Part shown: positions 22,095 through 34,692 of the stretch, piece after piece
Position numbering within the stretch: position 1 is the stretch's first letter
How the letters are laid out: every line of letters begins with the position of its first letter
Assembly (NCBI RefSeq): GCF_018977255.1
Contig: NW_024704743.1
Coordinates: forward strand, 38,566,001 to 38,630,000
Direction of reading: 5' to 3'
From: Callorhinchus milii
Taxonomy: Eukaryota
Length of the DNA stretch: 64,000 nt
Program-made: the position numbers and the translations under genes
Notes under the pieces: generated by a model
What the model was told of the DNA's origin: nothing
Seen by the model: only the letters and a program-made list of their open reading frames with translations
Databases searched by the model: none

Positions 22095-22514
22095 TGATAC
22101 TTACATTCGATATAGTGCCTTTCACATCAGGAGGATGTCCCAAAGCATTTCACAGGATATTAATGTAAAGTGTAGTGAATATATTTTGCAGAGAAATATG
22201 ACAGCCAATTGTGAAAGCAATGTCAGCCAAACAGCCAAAAAGTGATTGACCAGTTTTATTTGGGGGATTGTTCACCAGAATACCAGGAGAAACTCCTCTT
22301 ACTTTTCAAATACTGTTGTGGGATCTTTAACGTTCAACTGAACAGGCAGACGGGACCTGGGTTTAATGTCTTAAACAAAGGATGGCAGTTCAAACAATTT
22401 AGCTCACCCCAGCACTGTATTGGAGTGTCAAGGATGACGTTCAAGACGTCAGCCTTGAACCCACAATAATCTGACTCAGAGGTGAGAATGCTAGCAGGAT
22501 AGTTGAGCCAGGCT
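22095..22514 (-). mobile_element. Deu-type SINE, near full length
   Basis: Reverse-strand head (TCTGAGTCAGA..GTGGGTTCAAG), core and tail. Confidence 0.85.
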
Positions 22515-22623
22515 GACATAATCTTTTCTGGGTTTGTGCGACTGAAGAGTAGATATAAAGACCAAGCCAACATTTCTCTGGAGGAAAATGGCAACGTTCC
22601 TTATTTCATGCTGACATAAATTA

Positions 22624-22642
22624 TTACCACCAGGTGGCAGTA
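22624..22642 (+). promoter_or_regulatory. Candidate CTCF binding site
   Basis: CCACCAGGTGGCAG at 22627-22640 matches the core consensus CCASYAGRKGGCRS at every position. Confidence 0.55.
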
Positions 22643-22814
22643 CATCCTCCAGGCAAATGGTTGCGTCCTTCTGAGATCCCAATACCCACCATTTTTTTAA
22701 AATCTGAGGTGGGCACTTTTTTTGCCAGATATTAATTGTGCAGTATTGATGTGAGATCTGTGCTCATCTTGGCCAAAAAGTAACCTTTATCGATTGTCTT
22801 GGGAGTCTGTTTGA

Positions 22815-24259
22815 TTGCTCCCTCCACTCTGCCTCAAAACTTAGCTCTTTGACCGCGCTTTCGACCATCTTTGCCCACCTTACCCCCCTCAGCTCTCACC
22901 TTCAGTTCAGTGCCCAGTCAGAATTGTCAAACAATATGGGACATCCTCCTGATGTGAAAGACACGATATGCGCAATTTAAGCATCAGGTTCGATCCCCAG
23001 CTTTTCTTTCTACCCCACATCCGTTCCCTGACCAGGACCGCTTTTTTTCACCTCTGTCACATTGCATCTGGACTATTCCAATGGCCTCCTTGCTGCTCTG
23101 GCCAGCTCCACCATTCACAAAATTCAATTAGTTCAAAAACTCACCCGCACAAAACTTCGTACCCCCATCACATCAGTCCTTGCCAGGCTCCACTGTCTCC
23201 CAATCACTGAACAGATCAATTTCAAGATCCTCTCACTTGTCTTCAAATCTCTTCATGCCCTCGAACCTCCCGACCTATCCAACCTGCCTACCCCCCACTC
23301 CACTACCTAACCCTAACCCTAACCCCCTGAGCGGGAGGTGACAAATGAATGCATGAGGGTTTGCGCTGCATATGGGGTACAGTTGGAGGTGGGCAATATG
23401 GCGGAGATGGAAGAAAGTGGTCCTGGTCAGGGACCAGATGTGGGTTAGGAAGGACAGCTGGTGGTCAAAGCGAACACCTAGGTTGCGCACTAGTTCGGTG
23501 AGTCTGAGGGAGAGCCCAGAGAGGTTGAGGAGTTTATATCTGCAGGAGTGAAGACGTTGACAGGAGTCAAAGAATATGGCTTCCATCTTGTCCCTATTCA
23601 GCTGCAGGAAGTTTACACTCATCCAGGCCTTGATGTCTGCCAGACAAGCTGATAGAACATCTGCGGACCTGGAGTTGGTAATGGAGCTTTGTGTGTCATC
23701 CACATACATGTGGAAGTTTACCCGTGTCTGCGAAGGTATTGCCCAGAGGGAGTATATAGATAAGGAAAAGAAGAGGGCCAAGGATGGAGCCCTGGGGTAC
23801 ACCGCAAGTGACCGGGTGGCGGCAGGAGGAGAAACCACTTGCTGAGATAAAATGGAGGTGGTTGGTTAACTAGGACTCAAACCATGGGAGTGCGGTCCCA
23901 TTAAGGTAGATGAGGGAGGAGAGACAATGGACGAGGATGGCTTGGTCAACTGTGTCGAATGCGGCAAGGAGATCCAGGAGGATGAGGAGGCAGAGGGAGC
24001 TCTGGTCACAGATGGAGAGAATGTCATGTGTGACTTTGACAAGCGTTGTCTCTGTGCTCTGGACAGGGTGAAAACCAGACTGCAGGGGCTCGAGGAGGGA
24101 GTAAAGGTGTGACCGAAGTTGACCTGCAACAATGTGTTCCAGCACTTTGGCAAGGAAGGGTAGGTTGGAGATGGGAAGGTAGTGTGAGAGATCTTCCTTT
24201 TTTGATCGGATGCTACCCCACATGAAGGGCGCTCTATAAATGAAAGCTGTTGTTGTTGT
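22815..24259. mobile_element. Rearranged L2 mosaic: + 3' end (22815-22965), + RT C-terminus (22968-23305), - RT core (23330-24192), + tail (24216-24259)
   Basis: ORFs 22968/23062 (+) and 23275/23870 (-) carry [26 protein letters not shown] and RNLGVRFD. Confidence 0.9.
23306..23325. repeat. Short interstitial telomeric repeat, about 3 copies of CCCTAA
   Basis: CCTAACCCTAACCCTAACCC at the junction between the + and - L2 pieces. Confidence 0.7.
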
Positions 24260-25254
24260 ACGAGTGTAAATTGTATTCTATTGATCAAAGTTAATTTTTG
24301 ACCAAGGAGGGCATAGATTTTAATTGTCAATTTGTTATAAATTTTTGAGATTACATAGATGAGTGATGTGATAAGCATCACCAATGATAATTAAGACATA
24401 ACCCCGCACAATTCTCGGTCGTTTTGCCCTCTTTTATCCAAAATCTCACCAGTCGGTCTTGCTTCCTATCTGTCCCTTCTTGAGTCTTCCCTTTACTCTT
24501 TAACAGCGTTTCATTCTGTGAATCCATTTCATTTGAATCTCATTTTTGTGACACGTTTGCTTTCAGTAGTTCAAAGGATTAACACAAATTGGCTCCTGCG
24601 GCATCCATGTTTTTGACCTTTCCTCTGGGTTCAAGAAGTAAAGCTATCGGTTCAAATTTACTTCAGTTCTCCAAATGTCCACTTTTATTATCCTCTTTCT
24701 AATGTTTGAACCAGCTTTTGCCTACGTAATCCTCTAGGCTTTACTGGCAACACATCAGTAATAGTGCATTACAATGGGGTGCAGTGGTCAGTGAAATACT
24801 TGTGAGGAAATCACTTCTATATAAATAAAAACTAAAAAATGAACTGGTGGCTGCTGTCAATAAAGCTCCTATGGGATGAAAAAATATTTCCATGCGAATT
24901 ATGTTTGGTACAATTTAGCAAGACTACATTTAGACATTGGGAAATCCCAATTATAAAGACATTAGGAACAAAAATGCTATTTTGAGTTATTACTTTATGA
25001 TAGATCCTGTTGTTAGAGAATGTGCAGCGTTCAGGAAGGTTCAGTGGTTGACAACTCTCTTTAACACGAGGGAATCTGCTGTTGAATCAGTTTCATAATG
25101 AGAATTGCCGTTTTTATTGATACCGTTATTTATATCAGTGGCGAGTATAGCACTAATTTACTGCCAGAATAAACATTCTGAAAAGAGGATTTCATAAAAG
25201 AGGATTACATACTCAATACTGTGCATCTCATCACCTAGTTGGTTTCTATTTGTT

Positions 25255-25645
25255 CCCCCTGAATTACTAACTGACTCCTGGAATATTGTGCCAGTCAACC
25301 TCCAGAACCTCACCCAAGTTGTCATTTTTCAGTTGCGAGCCTAGAACAAAAACAATAACAAAATGTATTTATATAGTGCCTTTCATGTGTGGTAATGTCT
25401 TTGGAATGCTAGAAATAGGGAGAGAGTTATGATCTAGTTATCGTTAACCGTACTAACCTGGACTGCGTGCTCTTATAATGTTATTTTTCCATTATAAATG
25501 CTAAGATTGGTAAGTTTACCAACAAATGGAGATACCTCCAGAGTATTTGCAAGCTCGCCCCTGAAAGTCTGAGATCAGCATTGACTCACTGAATGTGAGA
25601 CCTTCCTGATCTGTATTGCTCATTTTCATAAAATTCAGTGAATTT
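25255..25645 (-). mobile_element. Highly decayed LF-SINE-like element interrupted by an L2 tail
   Basis: CTCACCCAAGTTGTCATTTTTCA..GAGCCTAG and GAGATCAGC..GACCTTCCTGATCTGTA remnants. Confidence 0.45.
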
Positions 25646-25949
25646 ATGTTTGTTTTTCAGTCTTATGAGTTTGTGTCATTTTTTCCACTTGCATGCAGTA
25701 GGAATTCTCTAGCCATTGTTGAGAGCATTTGGACCAGGATATCCACTTAGCACCTTATATTTCGTTCAACAGTAAAGATGCTATTAATGTCCAAAATAAT
25801 CTTGACACTTGGATCATAGTACAAGAGAGCAATTTTACTGAGAGATATTATGCACAGGTACAATGTGGGATATGAAATCAAAAGTAATATTATAAACAAC
25901 TAGGTGTTTATACAGTTACTTACAAAGAGGTAGCATTGCCCATCAATAA

Positions 25950-26555
25950 TAGATAATAATAATCCTTGCATTTGATTGGGGCCTAAATGTCAAAACATTT
26001 CAAAGGTGAATGATCAATTCACCTGGTGGATAATTAGTCAGGACATGAGGAGAAACTCCTTTTATTTTCAAGTGGCTTGGAATCTTTAATGCCCACCTGA
26101 ACAGGAAGACAGGACTACTGTTTAATGACTCATTCAAAGGATGTCACCCCTGACCTTGTATATTTCCCTAGCACTTAATTGGAGTCTCAACCTGGACCTA
26201 CGGTCAACAAACATTGCACTTATATAGCATCTTTCACATCGGGAGAATATCGCAAGGCACCGGACAATCAAAGGTTTACATCCGAGCTGGTGGTTGGAAT
26301 CAAGAATGGTGGAAGGCAAGAGGGCTGGGGGTGGGAGGATGATCGAAGGTGCGGTCAAGGAAGAACATCTTGAGATGGTCCTTGAAGGAGGTAAGGGAGA
26401 GGGTGAGGTGAAGAGATTCCGGGATGGAGTTGCTGAGGGTGGCAGAAGAAAGGTTGTAGAGGTGACCACTGATGTGATGGGATGGGCGGGGATATGGAGC
26501 AGACCAGTGCCCGAGTAGAGGGAGTGGGCGGGTTGGTAAGGTTTTAGCAGGTCAC
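25950..26555 (-). mobile_element. Deu-type SINE (25950-26210) abutting an L2 3' end (26205-26555)
   Basis: SINE tail and core motifs; reverse ORF fragment LLKPYQPAHSLYSGTGLLHIP. Confidence 0.75.
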
Positions 26556-27189
26556 AAACAAGATTTGAAAAACTACTGTAACTATGAATAAGGTAAACAT
26601 TGCAAAATGTCTTAACAGATTCATTGACATATATGGTAACAAAAAATCTGCAACAACGAGTCATTTTCTTCCTAGTGTTTTTAAGATGAAATATGAGGCA
26701 GCGGTCTACGGGAGAAAACTTCAAAAAATTAAACAACGCCAATCTCATCTCAAGCTCCACCAGAAAAAAAATTATTTTATTGATCCTGACCCATTAGGGC
26801 AATGTCTAATGTACGAGTGAGTAACAATATTAAAGGGTGCGCTTTGTTTCTGTCAAACAAGCGAGGCTTATCAAGAAACCAAAGCAAACATTTCGGAGCA
26901 CAATCTTGGCGGGCGTTCCCAAAATAAACTGCTACAGGGATATGGTACTGGATGTTACCCGTAATAGCAATTTTGCACTCTAAGGGATTTATAGGTTATA
27001 CAGAACCCCAGACACTCAACAAATGGTTCACTCCTACCATTTTAAGCAGAATAGTGACACTGCTAACAGATTCTTGAAGCATGTCGTTCAGGCGAAATCA
27101 TGATCAGCGTGGCAGATTAGTGAAACAAATTACTGAAACTCCTTGGGCACTTAGCACAAGTCTATTGTTTTAACCCGTAATGTGTGAAG

Positions 27190-27376
27190 AATTTTGGAAA
27201 ACTGCCTCAAATTTAATCTTATCTTGGGTGTCAATGTTCCGCAGTACCCAAAGAGAACTCCGGGAAATCAGCTTCCAAATTAGGACTGAATTTAAGACCG
27301 CTTTCCAAAGTTCTGCACAATCTTATGTATTAAGGCACTAGTCTTAAGGCTTAAGAACAATAGAATTTTGTGCCCC
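27190..27376. mobile_element. Palindromic MITE-like family remnant
   Basis: CAGCTTCCAAATTAGGACTGAATTTAAG is related in reverse to 32575-32607 and to the hairpin at 63091-63141. Confidence 0.45.
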
Positions 27377-27539
27377 AGAACAATGTTTATAATACATTGA
27401 AGCAATATCTTGAAAGGATGAGAAAATGGTGAGCTTGTTTTAGTCTTACTTTCAGCTTTATAACATTTAACAGCAAAGTTTGGGGAACTGGATGATTGCT
27501 CTCGTATCTCTTTGGCGAAAAGATACCAAATTAGGACTT

Positions 27540-27657
27540 TCGCCCAGAAAATATACAGTCAATTCACTTTACAGTATATTCTGTGAAGCGGTTTGAGACA
27601 TCTCGAAAACGAGATAAGGCGCTATATCAAATGCAATGATTATTATATATTATTATA
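27540..27657 (+). mobile_element. SINE 3' tail
   Basis: ATATACAGTCAATTCACTTTACAG..GGCGCTATATCAAATGCAA(TTA)n. Confidence 0.8.
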
Positions 27658-28984
27658 AGATGTTCTCTCATAATTTAGAAACTGATTTGAAACGATGGCT
27701 GCTGACGACTCAGTACCACAATGAGCAGCATACAAACCTTGTAACTGGATGACTGAATCACTTACACAGGCTTTCTTTAGATGGATGTGGAGAAACAGAT
27801 GGAGCTACCTCCTTCATTAGACATCATTATCTGCTGTGTGATCGTCTGACTGTCTCATGTAATGGCATTGAGGCCAATAAATGATCCACAGCCTGGAATA
27901 TCCTGTCCTCAAAGGCCCCAGAGGTCAACAAGTGGTATTTGAATCCCATGGAGACATAATACAAACAATTGCAGGATTTTAAAAACAATGTTTAATAGAA
28001 ACTACTCTGAGTGTTTTATTTCTTTACTCAATCATGCACCAAACATGATTTCTGTCACCGCTATGCAATCCTCTCTCCAGTCATTAGCAATGCCAAGGAC
28101 TTCAGCAATGCCTCAGTAATGTCAATCTGTCACTACACTGAGAAGAGCACCTCCTCCATGTGGTGCAGCTTTCCATTCTTTAACAGTCAGAGATTAAATG
28201 AAGCGTTCAACTGTATTCTATTGCACCCGGGCAGCTTTCATAACTGCTCTGGTCAACATTTTCAGAGTCATTGGTTAGAGTGAGACCATAATATTTTATG
28301 ATCTTAAACCAGGGTCCAGGGACAGAAAGGCACAAAACCTCCAAAAACACATGAATATTTCAGGCCTTTTCCTCGAAGTGGACATAGCTCCAGTACCCTG
28401 AAAAAGCATGTACTAGAAACCCTGGAGGAATATTATGTGTATGAATAACATACTTTTTTTCTACTTCCCAAATTACGGCAGTCATCTTAATTTCCATCAC
28501 TAATATTTATATGCAATTTCAACCCTTTTGTGACGTCACGAATGACATGACTCTAGATGTTATTTCCTTTTCTCAAACCATTTCAACTTCTCGTCGTTGC
28601 TACAGTAATAACATTTTGCTCTGTTTGGATCTTTTGTCCTGTGTCTTATGTTGATATGATTTGTGTAGTTGTTGTGCTGGAAAATGGGAATATATTTTCA
28701 GTATCTGAGGTCTCTCCAGGACCAGAACAATGGGAAGACATTAATCATATTGTGGTCAATATTTCTTTACCAGGGAAGCCATTGCCGAAAGGTTGGGAGC
28801 GGGTGGGAATTCAATCACAAACCTGTTGTTCAGGACAGATTTTAAGAACATCTTTCAAATATATTTTCTGCTCAGTTTTGTAAGGAAAATTGCTAATTAA
28901 GGAACAGGATAATGGAATGTATTTAGAAATACCTCAATTTATTTCCTTCCTGCTTTCCACAGTTTATTTACTTCAAGAAAGGGT

Positions 28985-30240
28985 TTGGCGGATGTCAAAT
29001 GACCAACTAATAACTATCCGGGGTTTGGGGGGGAGGGGGTCTCCTTGGAGCTGAATTGGTTCCAAAATGAAATGTTCTGTAACAGAATGCTGGAATTGAG
29101 TCAATCTTCTGTGATGGTTTTGGTTCCTGAGCCAGATATGTCTGTAATATTCCAGGTCACTGATGAGGAAGACCAGCCAGCCTGGGCTCATTGGTAGGAC
29201 TTGAAGGGACATGGGTCATGTTAATCCTGCAAGTTAAAGCCCTAATGATGGGTAGAGTGGTATTAGCTGGACAAATAGCTGTAAGCCTGCCAGACAGTAA
29301 TGCAATTTTATAGTAATAATTCTTGCATTTGATAAAGTGCATTATCATTTTGTGTGTCAGCCAAGTGCAGTGTTGTCTCTAAGTCAGAAGGTTGTGCGTT
29401 CAAGCCCCATGTCGGTACTTGGAATCACATTATCTAAGATGACTCTCCAGTCCAGTGTTGGGGATGTGTTGCAGTGTCGGAGGTGCCATCTTTTAGATGA
29501 GATGTTAAACCAAGGTTCCAACTGCTTGTTCACGTGGATGTTAAAGATCCCAGGGCACTATTTGAAAAGAGAAGGGAGTTTATCCTGGTGTCTTGGCCAA
29601 CAATCCCCCAAGTAAAATTGGTCACTCACTCCATGGCTGTTTGTGGGGCATTGCTGTGTGCAAACTGGCTGCTACATTTCACCCACAAAATACACAGTCT
29701 ATTTATTTTACACTGAATCCTGTGAAGCATTTTGAGAAGTACCAATAACATGATAAGGCAGTATATCAAATGAAAGGATTTTTATTATTATATTGTAGAG
29801 GTGACTCAAAGTGCTTCCCGGGACTTTAAAGTGAAGTGTTATAACTGTGTAATTGAAGGCAAAAACAGCAGCCAATTTGCACACAGCAATGTTCCACAAA
29901 CAGCTATGAAGTGAGTGACCATTTTCATTTGGGGGAATTATTGGCCATGACACTGACCAGGAGAAACTCCATTCTCTTTTTTGGATAGTGCTATGGGATC
30001 TTTAACAGCGACCTGAATTTAATGTCTCATCCGAAAGACGGCACCTTCATCAATGCAGCGCACCCTCAGCAGGGATTGGAGTGTCAGTAGAGACTGTGAG
30101 TTCAAAAACCCAACGTGAGGCTTGAAATGTCCACATGTAGGTGACTTGGATGGACATCTCAATATGTTTGGAGACTCTTAAGCATGGTGATGGGTTTCTG
30201 CATGTGTCAGACACCTGGCTGACAAAAAGAAAGAAAAGTA
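28985..30240 (+). mobile_element. RTE-X-like 3' end (28985-29305 and 30128-30240) split by a SINE cluster (+ 29360-29793, - 29800-30125)
   Basis: The flanking pieces are collinear parts of the family seen at 15140 and 35810; the inner pieces are Deu-type SINEs. Confidence 0.7.
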
Positions 30241-30474
30241 AAAGACCTTCCTGAATTTTCTTTATTTAAAAAATGTTAAGCTCCGTTTGTTGGCAAATCC
30301 AACTTCGTCATGTACAGTGACCCGACTTCTTCAAATACACCAGATGCCATGATTTGTAATCTAAAATGTAACTTTTTTATGAGTACACCTCTCCTAGCCC
30401 ACTAATCCCTCTCCAGATGGATTACTGCTTTTGCCAAAACGTCTCCTTGTGGGGCACATAAGGTATCAATATTC

Positions 30475-30565
30475 TGGGTATGTTTCTTGGATGTTAAGGT
30501 GGACAGATGATATCAAATGAGCCAAAGGGCCTTCTTCCTCTGAACCTCTTTCATAATCTTGTGAT
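30475..30565 (+). mobile_element. CR1 3' tail
   Basis: ATCAAATGAGCCAAAGGGCCTTCTTC..TAATCTTGTGAT, as at 5700-5752. Confidence 0.6.
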
Positions 30566-30702
30566 ATATCAGCTCTGTGCTCTCTTATTGAGGCTGCACA
30601 ATGTTATTGAGTGGGAAAAAAAGATTGACTGCCAGATATCCCAAGCACTTATAGCTCCAGAATAGGCCAATGCAGCATATTGGGTTTCCACATCTAAAAC
30701 AG

Positions 30703-31140
30703 TGACTTGCATTTATATAGTGCCCCTCATGCAGGCGAACATCCCAGAGTGCTTGACGTGACCCTGAGCCGGGGGATGGGCAGGTGATGTAGGCGCGGTC
30801 AAAGAGGAAGGCCTTCAGGCGCGACCTTAAGATGGAGAAGGATGGGATAAGATGGAGGGTGAGAGGAAGAGTGTTTCAGAGTTTCGGGACGTAGTGGCTG
30901 AAAGTGCGGCCACTGATGGTGGAACGGAGAGTACGACAATTCACTTTACAGTGTGTTCTGTGAAGCGCTTTGGGACGTCCTCCCGACGTGAAAAGCGCTA
31001 TATCAAATGCAAGGATTATTATTATTATTATTACGAGGGATATGCAGGAGGCCGGAGCCAGTCAAGTAGAGGCAGCAGGTAGCTGGTTGGGTAGTTAGCA
31101 GGTCGGAGATAGGAGATACCAGGGCATGAAGGGATTTGAT
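30703..31140 (-). mobile_element. L2 3' end carrying a 5'-truncated SINE insertion (30937-31031, +) with a TACGA duplication
   Basis: L2 sequence is continuous across the insert; TACGA at 30932-30936 and 31032-31036. Confidence 0.85.
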
Positions 31141-31694
31141 GATAAATCTATTTCCAGAATAGTGCATGCATTTATTGGGGAGTGTGGACCTTTTATGTAT
31201 AACTATTAGAATTTGCCACTGAGCATCTGTCTTTCAGCTCAGTGGGTAGTCCTCTCACCTTTAGATCAGAAGGCTGTGAGGTTGAAATATAACCTCATAC
31301 ATTGCCTACAAATACATTGATAGAAATTACCCGTGAAGCTCTTTGAGAAATGTTGATGTTATATCCACCATATCAAGCGTAAGTATTATTATTATTTATT
31401 ATTATTATGTCAAGCTTCAGTGGAGCAACAAATGCAAGAAAGCCTGGACTAATTTCTCAAGTTCCTTCCTCTTGAAAAGTGGCCGACCCTTTACTAATTG
31501 TACCCAGCTTCAGATGGAGCATTGGAATGAGCTTGTGAGAGAAAATAACTTTATCAAGCAAAACAAACAGGTTGTAGTGACTCCGTTTAGCCTGCAGGTG
31601 AAGAACAAAGGTTACTCAAGCATACTGGGGTGAAAAATACAACATGCGTTGTGATAATTTTCAGGGAATAACAGAGAATGACTTTTAAGATTGG

Positions 31695-32055
31695 AATCCC
31701 ATAGTGTAGTGGTTAGACCTCTCGCCTCGCAAGCAAAAGAACCTGGTTTTGATTCCCGGGTGGGGTGAAACCTTAGGCAAGTTTCCTTACTCCACACGCC
31801 TCTGTTTACCTAGCAGTAAGTAGAAACTAGTTTGTTAGTCGATTGGCAGATCGCTTTCCAGAGTAATAATCCCTCAAAAAAAATGTGGTCACTCAAACCA
31901 TGATTGTATATGAGACATTGCTGGGCGCAATTGGCTTCTGTGTTTTGCCCACAAAATACAGTCAATCCACTTTACAATATATTCTGTGAATTGCTTTGAG
32001 ACGTCTCAACGACCTGATGAGGCTCTATATCAAATGCAAGCATTATTACTATTAA
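31695..32055 (+). mobile_element. tRNA(Val/Ala-like)-headed CORE-like SINE, full length
   Basis: TAGTGTAGTGGTTAG A-box, GAAACCTTAGGCAAGTTTCCTTACTCCACACGCCTCTGTTTACCTAGCAGTAA and the shared L2-type tail. Confidence 0.85.
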
Positions 32056-32499
32056 GGTTGAGTTAAGGAAGTGTTATAGAAGTGCTGGCATCTGCGTGGT
32101 GACAGGATCAAATCACCATCGGCTGGTCCAATAGCTGCAGCAGCTAGCGTTTGAGTGACATTATTTTAACAAAATGCACACAGTCCCATTACTTTGACGT
32201 ATATCTTATGAAACACTTTGAGACGTCTCTCAATTATGTGATAAGGCGCTATATGAAATGTAAGGATTATTATTATTAACAAAGCTGGGAGAGAAGTGGG
32301 AGACGGTGTTTCCCTGGACCATCTCCAGGAGGGAAAAGACCCACAGTGTGAAAAATTAGCACATCACATAACACATTTTTCAACCCATAAAGTATAGAAT
32401 GTAATTTATAATAATAAACCTTGCACTTAATATCGTGCCTTTTCATGTCATCGAGATGTCTCAAAGCACTTCACAGGATTTAATGTAAAGTACAATGGA

Positions 32500-32730
32500 A
32501 CCTGAAATTCCACATGGGTTTCCCCTTTAAGACTATTTTGTCTTAAAACTTAAAATCGCTCAGGACTGGGAAAAATGCTTAAGATCAGTTTTAATTTGGA
32601 AGCTGGTGGATTTATAAAACCTGTGTTAAAAAAAAGACTTCTAAATGAAGACAATTTAAGAATCTTTTACACAATTATGCAGAATTTAAAATTTGAAAAA
32701 GGTTTCCAGACTAAGACCAGGTAGAATTTT
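32500..32730. mobile_element. Palindromic MITE-like family remnant
   Basis: CTTAAGATCAGTTTTAATTTGGAAGCTG shared with 27270 and 63091. Confidence 0.45.
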
Positions 32731-33849
32731 AGAAGTAAAAGACAGTACTTAAATAATACAAAAAGTAAGCATAGGAAGAATGCATCTTTATTTATGATTG
32801 AGTGTTATTCCTGGTAATATCTTCCACCCTAGCACAGATTGCAGCACCTACATACAGATACCCTATTAATATTCAATCAAATATTCTATTAGTACCGTAC
32901 CAACATCTGTTTCCCAATCCATTTTGCTGTTTGCTGCTCAGTATGTTAGCTTTCAGACACGTTATTGCTTAATATTGGCCCACTGTTTAATACTCATAAT
33001 AATAATTTATATATTTATATTTCTTAAATTGATGTATTACATGCCTATGATTTATTAGCACCTGTTTTGCATTGCCACTAAAACATTACAGACAGTACAT
33101 CTGTTCACAACATCCTGCATATCCAGATTGTTATAAAACACAATGATACTGAATTTATTTAGCCCTGCCAACTGGACGAAGTTTGAATAAAATTGTGTCT
33201 TACTTTAGCCTTCGTGTTGATGCTGATATATATATTAAAAATAACTTATTATTTTATTTCACTTTTTTAAAAATGTACTTTCTCATGAGTTTAGGCTCTC
33301 TCAGCAGCGATCGCCGAATAAATGGGTGGAAAGCTGGCTTGATCCCAATCCTCTTCCAATGTCGTTCCATTAATCACAGCTAATAAATACAAAAGTACTT
33401 CTTGGAATAACCCACCCTTTCATTTTCCCACCCTGGCAGTGAGCGAAGTCATGCCTTGATTAATCCCCTCACCCAGCTAGACCACTCAAGTCACAATATG
33501 GGCAATCGTAGGCACAAACCCTCCCTTTGATACTTTATAATAATCTTCGTGATAATAATAATAATCCTTGCATTTGGTATAATGCCTTATCATGCCATTG
33601 AGACATCTCAAAGTGCTTTACTGGGAACTGTATTTGTATAGTGTGTCTTTATAGGCAAATGCAGCAGTAAATTTGTGCACTGCATTCCAGCTATTTATTG
33701 CCTTCTACATAAAGAAATACAGTAGACTCTGGATAATAAGTCACTGGCTTAATTAGTCATTATCACCTAAAAAGCCATGTTTTCAATATCCTGGCCACAT
33801 CCCATGCAAAATGTTAATACGAGGCTCCACTTTATTAGTCATTCCGCTT

Positions 33850-34692
33850 ACAACAACAACAACAAAATTACATTTGTATAGCGCCTTTCATGTCGCGAGG
33901 ACGTCCCAAGGCGCTGGAGCAGACAGAGTTATGGACCCGAGCTGGGGGTCAGGGTGGAGGGTAGGGAGGGAAGCAGGGAGATCGAAAGCACGGTCGAAGA
34001 GGAGTTTCTTGAGGTGGGTCTTGAAGGTGGCAAATGAAGGGGCGAGACAGAGGGACTGCGGGATGGAGTTTCAGATGGTGGATGCAGAGTGGTGGAAGGC
34101 CCGCCCGCCAATAGTGGGGTGAGCAAGGCGGGGGACGTGAAGTAGGCCGGAGACCGCTGAGCGGAGGGAGTGAACAGGATGGTCGGGGGTTAGGAGGTTG
34201 GAGAGATAGGGGGGAGCAAGACCATGGAGGGCTTTGAAGGTGAGGACCAGGATCTTGAACTGTATCCTCTGTGTGATGGTAATCCAGCGGAGTTGGGCAA
34301 GGATGGGGGTGATAGGTTCGCGGAGCTTAGTGCGGGAGAGGACACGGGCTGCAGATTTCTGGATGATCTGCAGCCTGTGGAGGGAGGAGTTGGGGAGGCC
34401 GACAAGCAGTGAGTTTGCATAGTCGAGCCTCGATGTAATGAAGGTGTGTATGAGGGTTTCGGTGGCCTGTGGTGTGAGACAGTGTCGGAGCCGGGCGACG
34501 TTGCGGAGGTGGGGGAAGGCAGAGCAGGTCATAGCGCAGATGTGGAGTAGAAAGGATAGTTGAGGGTCAAACGAGACCCCAAGGTTCTGGACTGGCTTAT
34601 CAAGGTGGAGTGTGCAACCATGGATGGTGATGCTGTCAGCGCCTGAGGTGAGGAGGCGCTGACCGAAGCCAATCAGGAGGGCCTCGGTCTTG
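33850..34692 (-). mobile_element. 5'-truncated L2 LINE (RT C-terminus and 3' tail)
   Basis: ORF 34071-34532 HLRNVARLRH..SRLDYANSLL..PTIGGRAF; (TTG)n tail. Confidence 0.92.

Noticed and set aside
26134..26760. 208-aa minus-strand ORF
   Set aside because: A chimera of unique DNA, L2 3' end and SINE; no coherent domain
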